A stretch of 20,000 nt of DNA from Vezdaea acicularis (Eukaryota), in the NCBI GenBank assembly GCA_026025075.1, contig JAPEUI010000023.1, positions 172,073-192,072 on the forward strand, read 5' to 3'. Below, in pieces: positions 10,993 to 20,000 of the stretch. Numbering within the stretch: position 1 is the first letter of the stretch; each line of letters opens with the position of its first letter. The position numbers and the translations under genes were made by a program. The notes below the pieces were generated by a model that was not told where the DNA came from, searched no databases, and worked only from the letters and a program-made list of their open reading frames with translations.

Positions 10993-11901
10993 GCGGTTCA
11001 GATCACGATCAGGCCGGCGTCGTTGGCGAAGTAAAGCGTAACGAGGCTCGAAGGCGCTACGTCGTGGAATGACGCGAGGCTTAATCTCTACGTTGGAGGG
11101 GAGGTTCACGATGAGCAGCAGAGCCATCCCACAACGGGAATAGGGCGCTTCAAGTGGGGAGTGGGGTGCGCACGGGGGGAAATAAGGCTTAGGCTCGTCT
11201 AAGAATATCAACCTTGTCATGCAGGCAGAACCTCAAAAGACCGGTCATCACAAAATATCAGATCGAACGACATCGCAATTTCATGTATTCCAATTTCATG
11301 TGCTAAAGAGTGTGTATTGCGTCTCGAGGATGACCTAGTGCCATCCCCCGACCGTAACCCGAACGATTCAATGTCAAGCCTCAGACCCATTCGAAGCTGA
11401 AGCCATCTCAGATATACTGATCGTACCCTTATCGTACGTCATACAAAACGCCATAGGCACTACGCTCGCTTTGCGTGGCCCTTGGGGGGGTATCAGAGTG
11501 GAGTGAGGAAAAAAACGGAGTAGCCGATCCAATGCACACCATGTACCGTGGCCGGTATCAGTATCCAGTCTCTGTATGAAAAACGCCTGTTCCCCTTGCC
11601 CCTTGCCACCGTAACCCCAACCGGCCCGTACCCACTGCGAATGCTTTACTGTAAGCCGAACGGCCGAAAAGAGACCGTGATATGCATGCAAAGACCATCA
11701 TCCGGTGATGGCTGCGAAAGACGTCCAAAAACATCCAATCCAAACAAAAAAACAAAACGCCAGCAGTCGTGGTTGTGCTCGTGAATCTGATCTTAATATC
11801 AGAAAAAAAATTCGTCAATTTGTGAATATCAATGGCCGTTATGAGTAATGAGTCGTATGAGTCATGTAGAGTAACAAGACGATTAGGTGGCGAAAGGTGA
11901 T

Positions 11902-13053
11902 TCAGACAATGTGCTGCCGAAAGTATTCCGCTCGAAACCAGCCGACCTTCTCGTACGCGGTCCATAGCTTGCTCGCCTTGTTGACATCAATCTTGCAGGC
12001 CTGTTGACTGTCCGTCTTCCGGAATTCCTTGCCGATCCGAAGAGCGTCGAGACGGGCTTGGAAGATGCGCCGTTTGCTGCATAGGTAGGTGGCGCAGGAA
12101 AGGCGGAGCGTTGCGGCGAGTTTCACCTCCGCCTCGTGAAGTAAATGTCGGTGAGGGTCGTTTGAAAGATCGAGCATTTGGCCTCGCCAGTCTGCCTTGA
12201 GCGCGTTGGAGTTGTTGGGCAGTGTCGAGAGCGGAGGGCAGTAGTCCGGAAGGGCATCGAAATCGGTATCCTCACGGCTGGCACCAATGATCCGAGGCCC
12301 CGCTTGTCTCGCGGGCGTCTTGACACTGGTGAATGAATCGTAGACTTTTGAGCGAGGCGTGGCGCGCGGCGATCGAACATTGCGACTACGAGGCGTACTG
12401 ATCTTCTTGACTCCGTTCGGTGGCGCTGGGGCAATGGCGACGAGCTTGTTGTTCCGTACCCGCCTCATGCCCGGATATCGCTCTTGTAGAATCCGGCTCT
12501 CCTCCCTGTACCAAGCGTGTGGGTCCTTATTATACCGTTGTAGGACATCGGACCTGCACACCAGAGCCAAGAGGTATTCCTGCTTCGTCGGCCGCCTCGC
12601 GGATGTCGACAAGAAATTGATCGACGAATTGGCAATGTGATTTTCGACAATGGCGTCAAGCTTCGGATCGATGACTTCGGTCGGCGGGAAGAGAGGCTCG
12701 TCAAGAGGAATTGCCGTCTCCGAGTCGGTCTGGGAGAACAACGGAGGATCGCGAGGGGCATTGCTCTGCGATGAGACTGGCCGCCCCTCCGACTTTCGAG
12801 TTGAAGCACCCCATGGTGAAATTGGAGGTGAAGGTAGTGCCTCTCTCGACCGAGATTGATTGCTTCGAATGGGTGGCAAAGTGTTGTGCGACATGATGGA
12901 ATCCGTCTGCGAATCCGCGCCACCGACCATTGCGAGGTCAATTGATTCAATAAAGCTATCGAAAGATTTTGCTTCCGGTGGAGAGATGAGAATTGAGATG
13001 CCAGGCAGTCGGTCCTGGTATTGAGGATCAAGTGCCGGACCCATTGTCAGCAT
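11902..13053 (-). CDS. FUN19: SWIRM-domain protein, Fun19/YOR338W (Laf1/Laf2)-like, 383 aa
   Basis: C-terminal SWIRM domain LHEAEVKLAATLRLSCATYLCSKRRIF...FRKTDSQQACKIDVNKASKLWTAYEKVGWF, preceded by LPDYCPPLSTLP. The N-terminal half is Pro/Ser-rich (LPSPPISP). Confidence 0.9.
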   Translation of the reverse strand: MLTMGPALDPQYQDRLPGISILISPPEAKSFDSFIESIDLAMVGGADSQTDSIMSHNTLPPIRSNQSRSREALPSPPISPWGASTRKSEGRPVSSQSNAPRDPPLFSQTDSETAIPLDEPLFPPTEVIDPKLDAIVENHIANSSINFLSTSARRPTKQEYLLALVCRSDVLQRYNKDPHAWYREESRILQERYPGMRRVRNNKLVAIAPAPPNGVKKISTPRSRNVRSPRATPRSKVYDSFTSVKTPARQAGPRIIGASREDTDFDALPDYCPPLSTLPNNSNALKADWRGQMLDLSNDPHRHLLHEAEVKLAATLRLSCATYLCSKRRIFQARLDALRIGKEFRKTDSQQACKIDVNKASKLWTAYEKVGWFRAEYFRQHIV

Positions 13054-14303
13054 CGGTGAATGATTGAGGGTGAATTGATGGGGGTGGGGAGAGAGCTGTC
13101 GCGAGCCGCAAGCAATACGGGGGTGACGGTCTGGTTATATCAAGCGACGTTGTAGAAGTAGGTGGAAGGCTGCAGCAGTAAACGCCGTGGATTTGTCAGA
13201 TCTTGTTTGCGTAAGTCCGAGCGGTTTGGTGTGGCGGTGATTTCGGGTTTAAATAGGCAACGCCGTGACGTACCGCGCTGAGGGGTGCACGGCGAGTTTA
13301 TACTGCGAGTTGCGCTTCGTCCACCGTCGCTGCAATTATCGTCCGACCATGAGTCAATGGTTCGTCAATGGATTAGGCCCCGCTCCGCAAGGGCTTTCTT
13401 CGTCGCGATTGACGGCAGGGCGGATTGATGACTGGGTGTCTGGTAAAGTGGACAAAGCGGACACAGGGCTGCCTGGTATTTAAGAATGGAGCCAGCGCAC
13501 ACAGGCCAGGCTGCGTGAATGAGCAGGAGAGTTCCGTTTGGAGGCCGCGGGCAGGTAGGCAGCAGCAGCAGCGGTGCAGTGGTGAAGAACGAATGGAGGG
13601 GGGAACGATGACTGGGCATCAATAAGAAAGGTCGCGGGCGCAACTGAGGCAGAGAGCGGTGGTGGGCAGGAGGACAAAGGAAGGCTGTCAATCGGGGTTC
13701 ATCTGGGACCATCCCCCCATTCCCATGATCTTCCGCCGGTCTGTAAGGGGTGGACCGTGAGCCGTGGGAGACTTGTTTGGCCGCCTTGATGAAAGGGAGG
13801 AGAGGATGGGGGAGAAGGGGGGGGGGTGTGCGCGTGAGGGTCCATGGCTGGAGGTTGGAGGCCGCGGTGGGCGCGGAGTAAGCGCTGCTGCGCACGCCGC
13901 GAACAGGACACCGGACGCTGATAGTGGACAGATGGAGGCCGGTGGAGGCCTTGATTTGAAAGAGGGAGGAGCGTCGGACCCTCCTCGACGAATTAGGAGG
14001 GTGCGCGAGAAGGGTCGCAGCCCCTCGAAACACGCGGCGGCCGGTCAGCTGATTGGCCAATGGGGGGGGTATGGCCAACGAGGAAGGGGGGGGCCGTTGC
14101 AACGGGACCATCCAGGCCGCAAGCACCGCGCTCCCTCTCGAACACGGCCACGGACGGATTGGAGGGATTCGTCGAGGACGGGCAATGCTCGCCTTGGGGG
14201 CGGATGGCGGAGGGCGGGCGGCGGGGGCCAGAAAGCCGTGACCGCGGCCATGGCAGAGTCGAGACATGCGGCGAGTTTCCGGGAAGAGAAGAGAAGAGCA
14301 CCA

Positions 14304-14331
14304 AATGCCAGATGCCAGATGCCAGATGCCA
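14304..14331. repeat. Tandem heptamer (ATGCCAG)x4
   Basis: Directly visible atgccagatgccagatgccagatgccag, next to a (GAAGA)n purine tract. Confidence 0.85.
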
Positions 14332-15445
14332 GCGCGGTGCTAGAGCCAAGTGCGGGTGTGGAGTTTCGCGCAGGCGCTGATCAGGCGAGGCCAAGTGAGT
14401 CATCGGCCGCGTTCGTGGCGGGCGTGTCTCGGGGCCGCCCCTGCTGCTTCGGTCGTCGCTTCTGGAGTCGGTCGGTGCCTTCCATGGGGCCACCCCCTCG
14501 CGCCTTCCCCCTTCGCCGGCAGCCTTGGCAGGCACGCTAAGCCGCTTCCGGCCGCCCACCCAGACGTCTCCTCCCGTGACACGCACCACCTCCACCACAT
14601 CCCTCCGTCCGTTTGCCCGTCGCGGTCGATCTCGCGGTCAAGCACCATCGGGCCAGGGCGTCGACGACGACTCTATTTCATCTGCAGCTCCGTCCTGAAC
14701 CGTCCGCCGTATGCATCCGAAGCCTCTTCCCACCCATCTCGCACCACCTCTCCATCTCCATATCGTATCAATCTGATCATCTGGGCAGCCCCGCCCCGAT
14801 GCAACGGACCATCCTGAGAGCGGACGCCTGCCTCGCCAATGCCTCCGGATGGGAAGGCCGAGGCGCGCTCCAGAGTCAATTGACGTCAGCTGCGGAAACT
14901 CTACGTAAAGTGGCGATGGACGGAGGAGCCAGATGGGCCAGTCGGACATCATCTGGCTGCACTCTCCTGCTTGGCACCGCCCGTCGGTCAAGACAATGGC
15001 AGCATCGTCGTTCAGCGGCAGGATCCCGATGGCCAACACGTGTGCGACTGCCGACCATGGAAAGTCAATGGCCCCTCGGATCGACCCACCGCCGTCGCCC
15101 GTAGTAGCATCAATCAGGATCCATGAGGAGTCGGGCTGGGCGGACAGGCTGACATGGTGGTCATATTCGCCGCGCAACTCCAATCAATCACGCTCAATCG
15201 CACCATGTATCGCCATCGGTTCGAAGTCGGCCTCGGGGACGTGCCCTAGTTTGCCTTTTCCAGCGGCGGCTCTCACCGGCAAAGGCTCGTCATATCATGT
15301 CGACGGTGTCAGAAAGATTGGGGGCCCTGTCTCTTGTTCGTCCGTCCGTCCGCTCTTTCGCCCGTCACATCGCCGCAATCGACGGAGTTTGCGCAGCATC
15401 AAAAGAAACAAATGCCAATTGCCCCCTGCAGGACGTGCCAAGCTT

Positions 15446-15475
15446 GCTCGAAGCCCGCTCGAAGCCCGCTCGAAG
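15446..15475. repeat. Tandem 11-mer (GCTCGAAGCCC) x2.7
   Basis: Directly visible gctcgaagccc gctcgaagccc gctcgaag. Confidence 0.8.
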
Positions 15476-17112
15476 TCTGGCCGACCTCCGACTGCCCGAC
15501 TGACCGACGTTGACCTTCTACAATCAACCGCGTCTATGCTCGTTAAAGCAAAGCAGATGATGGATGATTACGAGCGCACTCGGACCACGGGCTGAATCAA
15601 CGTCCGACGGCTTCCTCCGCACGGAGATGACGACGAGACACCCCCCTCCATCCGCCATTCGAGCATTGAACAATGGAGATGCAGTGTCGAGCAGATGGCG
15701 AAAGAAGGGCTGATGATGACCTTGACCAATATATGCTCTGGCCATCTCGAGTCGTGCGTAGTACGCGGGCGACCAGTGGGACGGGATCGGCTGATGGTGC
15801 CGTCGGGTGATGGGAGCGGTCATCTTTTGGCGACCACATGACCCGCCCGATTCGTCACCACTCAGATGTCGATGATGTCCATACAATACACGCCTCGCAC
15901 GACTGACTGCTGAGCCCGCCCTCAGCTACGCCACAATCCTACGCCAATCACGAATCACACCGCGCACCGCCAATTCGTTTCATCCAGACCCCTCCGACGG
16001 AGATCACATTGTCGAATCACCTGCGAATGCGGTCGACGGAGAGGATACAGGGGCTGAGGGAGGGGGGGAAAGTGCGTCTCATGCGCACCCTGGAGGAGAT
16101 TGGAAGGATGACAGGTAAGAGGTAAGACGCATTTGCGGAGTACATGGCCCCGTATCGATAAGTAACTCTCCGCGCCGACCCCTGTTCGATCGCCCGTGCG
16201 AGGCGGGACCCTCCATCTCACATGCGAGCGGCCACTGTGGCGGCCCCTCCGTTGCGACCTGGCGACCTGGCGACACGGCGGCACCGCGATCCCACTTGAC
16301 ACGCGCGCCCTCACATGCTCACTTTTGGCAGTTTGCGCCCTTTGCATCGCTCAATCATGTCACATCGGCATATTACAAGACAACGTCACAATTACATTCC
16401 CACACTTTTTCATTGATGCGGTCCAAGCCAACGGACGGCCCCAATACACCGTCGTTGGCATGGCTTGGACCCCTCAATCGCGAATCCGGACATAGCTCCT
16501 GTCGCTCCATAGTGTTGGGGCGAGGGGCCCCGGGCACCCGTGCCTCTCAATTGGCCGCGCTGATAGGCCAATTGGAAAGGCTGAAGCTTCGCCGGATGTG
16601 CGACGGGTAAGCCTGAGACGCCCTTGCATGTGCGCACAACAAAACGCGGAGCGATCGCCCCGAGGCTGAGCCCGGCCGGGAAAGGGTTAACGTTGCACCA
16701 GCGGAGTGGCACAAAGTGCGTCGACAAGTCGACGAGGCGGATCCTACAAACGTTTGCGTGTTCACCACCAACTTGATCGCTTCGGCCGGAATGCTGATGG
16801 GAATCGATCATTTGTCGCCTCAGAAAGGCGCAATTGCATTTGTTGGATTCCTGTGCGTCCTTGGCTGCTCCAATTGATGCGCTCAGGTATGGATTGAGAC
16901 TGCAAACGGACGAGACGTCGCGATCCCCCCGGCTTGATCGCACGGGTGATAGTTGGCAGCGAGACGATTATCCTGAAATTTCCCTAGGAACGCATCCCTT
17001 TGCGCATCGCTCGAAGTGGGGTCTCTGCCGACCTGACATGCAGAAGGGCCTCACGTGCACTACAGCGAGGCTGTGCGATACGGCCTTCGGTGTCAAAATC
17101 GACTTGAAGGCT

Positions 17113-18244
17113 TCAAAATACTGCCTCTGTAGCTTTGGCCCCGTACCAATTGGCCAGCTCGTCACCTTCCTCGCTCTTCTGGCCGGCTGCAGCAAAGTAA
17201 TCCGTCAACTGCATCGTATCCTCATCCTGCTCGACCGGCCAGACGACCTTGGTGCCAACATCTTTGGCCTCGAGCAGGTCTTTGGCTGTGCCCCAACTGA
17301 AGCGGCATTCACTGCCCCATCCAAAAACAGGATTCATGTTGCTCTTCAACCACTTCGTGCATCGCCCATCAGACGGATACCCTGATCCCCAGCCCTCTGC
17401 TGCGACTCCCCGCACATCATCATCATCGGGGGTATACGCCTGATAGCAGACTTCCAAGGCCGCGTCTCTCGTCACCTTGGCGCAGACCGAGGCCGCCGAC
17501 ACGCACGGATAGAGCGAGTCGGCCTTCTTGGCCACCGTGATCGAGACGGTGGGGAAGATGCGAGAAAGCTTGTTCTGGTAGGTGTGCGGGGCGCCGATGG
17601 TGTCGATGTAGATCTCCCTCACATTGACGCCGCGCGCGAAGACCTCCTTGATCAGCTCGATCGTCGCGTCCATGGCCTGCGCGTTGAGGTTGTACGTCCC
17701 CGCCGGCTTGAGCATCCCCGCCGAGATATCCCGCGCCGACATCACTTTCGTCGCCCACCCGCATGACTCGTAGAGATCGCTGTCCTCCGTACAGAGGGTC
17801 TGCATCAGCCGCGACCGCACCACTGGCGTCAGCACCTTTGAGTCGTCGAAGCGGTGCTGTTCTGCCAGTAGGGACTTGTGGAGCGTCAGAGGTAGATAGA
17901 GGAGACCATACACCATCGGACCTATTTAATACAGAACCTCTTCGTCAGCATGAAAAATCCTATCCCCCGTAAACAAATTTCTCGTGGAGACATGCTTCCC
18001 TACCGAGCACCGGACCCCGTCCTGCTTCATCCACCCCCAGCACACACTCCGTAGACATCTCCTCCGCGATGACTCGCGGGATCGGCGAGTAGTAAGCGTA
18101 AGACTCTCCCCCCAAGATCTTATCCGCGTGGATCGATGGCGCGGTAAACACCTCCTCTCCCTCCCCCTCCTCCTCCTTCTCCGCCGCGGCTGGGGTAGTC
18201 TCGTCGTGTAAGACCGTCTGCGATTCTTCCGCGTCGGAGTCCAT
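17113..18244 (-). CDS. RNH201: Ribonuclease H2 catalytic subunit A, 2 exons (18244-18004, 17921-17113)
   Basis: Intron 18003-17922 (GTAGGG..CTGAC..TAG) restores LGVDEAGRGPVLGPMVYG. Further motifs are DDSKVLT, IYIDTIG, KKADSLYPCVSAASVCAKVTRD, GSGYPSD and RFSW. Confidence 0.96.
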
Positions 18245-18771
18245 GGTGGTTCAATTGGTGTTTTTCCTTTCTTGTAGGGAACACTGAACGTAGCTTGTAT
18301 GTGTACCTGAGCTTGAGTAGGAAGTTTCTCTCTCCCGACGCGCGGGGATGGAGGGAGGGGAGGGGAGACGCGTTCGGGTACGGTTGCCGGTAAAGCCGCG
18401 TTTTGTAGTTTGCAGCCGACTTTGTTGTTTGGTTCTCGCTCATAGGAACCGAGCGTTCTTGCTTTGGGGAAGCGAATCTTTTGCCAGAGCTTCTTCTCAA
18501 ACGACTTGTTGTGCTCGCTTCCTAGGAGCGAGAACGACCACCGTACCAATCTTCTATCCCCGATCGATCGCTGCCGCCATTTTCGTTACGGCTTCAATGC
18601 TTAGTTCATTCTCTCGTCGTTGTGACTGATAAATAGGTCTTCGACGATTTTGCGAGGCATTGTGGATGCTGAGGTCGCGACGCTCGTTAGTTCGGAACAT
18701 CGATTCCGCTGCTTCCTGCTTCGACTCCGTTCTCGAGGCGCGAGCAAGCGCATCATCCACAGCTCTGAAGA
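18245..18771. promoter_or_regulatory. Divergent RNH201/MIF2 promoter with an MCB element
   Basis: Head-to-head ATGs at 18244 and 18772. Perfect ACGCGT at 18368-18373 and near-matches ACGCGC (18338) and CCGCGT (~18396). Confidence 0.6.
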
Positions 18772-20000
18772 ATGGCGCCGAATGAGTCGCCGAGGAAGAA
18801 GAGGGGCGGAGCGGAGGTAGAATATTTCGAGCCGGGGGTGCAGGGAAGGTTAGTTGTCCCCCCGCGAAGTGCTTCTGGGTATGGGCTGGTGTTTTGTGGA
18901 GGTGGTGGATGCTGATGTTGTGAGCGAGTAGGAAAACGGGGATTACGCTCAAGGAGAATGTGAGGGATGAACATGGGATTGAGGCGATTGAGGGATTGTT
19001 CTCGTCGCCGGTTAAGCTTGCGCGGCAGCTGGGGGAGGAGGGGGAGGAGGGGGAGACGGTGGGGACGGGGGGGGAGGAGGATGATACGGGTATGTGATAG
19101 CTGCTGGGCGCTTCGCATTTGGGCATTATTACAAGTCTTGCTAATCACGTACTGCTGTAGTTACGGCTCTAGACAGCGCAGAGGGCCCGTCCTCCGTGCG
19201 GATTACGAGGAACGGCAAGACGATACTTCCGCCGCCGCGCGCGCGCTCGCCGCTGAAGACATATCTCAACTCGCCCGCTCGACGAGGATCCTCTCTTGGC
19301 CCGACATCGCCCACTCGTCAGATCATGGACGAGACGCCGAGTCTGCAGCCTCGAGCCGAGGTGAAGCGCAGACTAGACTTTTCAAAGAACGGATCAACTG
19401 CTGCCTCTGAGCCAGCGGAGCAGAGAACGCTGGGGAAGCCATTCGAGTTTACAGCCGTACAGAGCTCCACCCAGACGAGAGGGAAGCGCGGCTTAGTCCA
19501 GAGTACTGTACCTGAAGACAAGGGCGCCGACGACAGCTCTGTCGAAGCCAACGGAGATGCTGCCGACGCAAGTGGGACTCCGCAGGGAGACGAGATGGAT
19601 CAAGTGGCATATCAAGATGAGGAGCTGCCCGAAGCCGCTGCACTCCAATCGGCAGAGCTCGGCCACGACGAACGCCGCTTCTTCGACATTCCGCACTCGC
19701 CGACTCAAAAGCGCGGACGGGGTCGCCCTCCAAAGAATAGGCCCTCCCTGGCTTCATCCGACGTCCCCGCCACATCTTCAATCGCAAAGCGCGGACGCGG
19801 TCGCCCACCCAAGAACGCCATCGAAATACCATCCTCCTCTCCGGCCCAGCCAACAGCCACGAAACGCGGCCGCGGCCGCCCGCCCAAACACGCAAATAAT
19901 CTCGCCTCCGCTCCGCGCGCCGCCCCTGCCGCCAACGACACCACCACCAGCACGAGCCCCGTCGTCCGCCGCACCGCCCCCGTAGGCCGCCCCCCCAAGC
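18772..20000 (+). CDS. MIF2: Inner kinetochore protein CENP-C (Mif2/Cnp3), 5' part; exons 18772-18848, 18932-19089, 19161->20000
   Basis: Introns 18849-18931 (GTTAGT..CTGAT..TAG) and 19090-19160 (GTATGT..CTAAT..TAG) give MAPNESPRKK...PGVQGRKTGITLKENVRDEHGIEAIEGLFSSPVK...PPPRARSPLKTYLNSPARR...VKRRLDF. This matches the fungal Mif2 N-terminal signature as I recall it. The frame stays open to the window end and contains AT-hooks. The CENP-C motif and cupin domain would lie outside the window. Confidence 0.88.

Noticed and set aside
13365..15595. ORFs of 150-300 aa in the intergenic region
   Set aside because: They overlap each other, are Pro/Arg/Ser-rich, show no domain or codon bias, and are expected by chance at this GC content. 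Kept only as part of the lncRNA lead.
15711..15794. TGATGA ... CTGA as a box C/D snoRNA
   Set aside because: No convincing terminal stem or recognisable rRNA guide sequence; a snoScan or Infernal hit would be needed.
16610..16810. CTGAGA ... AACTTGATC resembling a fungal TPP riboswitch, and GGGTTAA resembling a telomerase template
   Set aside because: The downstream TAAT..GCG core of the TPP aptamer and a thiamine-gene context are missing, and there is no full TAACCCTAA template.
1788..17115. Stop-codon readthrough (TGA-CTA) generating cryptic peroxisomal isoforms
   Set aside because: None of the six complete genes has the TGA CTA context at its stop codon.

Overview
Gene-dense filamentous ascomycete (Pezizomycotina-like) genomic DNA with short GT-AG introns carrying CTAAC/CTGAC/CTAAT-type branch sites. 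Seven genes are supported: a WD40 protein (+), a cytosolic Yat1/FacC-type carnitine acetyltransferase (+), an intronless MFS transporter (-), a YyaL/SPATA20 thioredoxin-domain protein (-), a Fun19-like SWIRM protein (-), RNase H2 subunit A (-) and the 5' part of MIF2/CENP-C (+), which runs off the right edge and is mostly missed by the ORF track. A possible eighth multi-exon gene runs off the left edge. I found no mobile element, CRISPR array or RNA gene, and no clearly novel system. The best leads are a CENP-C with a tandem AT-hook array, an MCB-containing bidirectional RNH201/MIF2 promoter, and a ~4 kb gene-free region upstream of the SWIRM gene with splice signals on both strands. All calls are by manual reading and family recognition; no database search was run.
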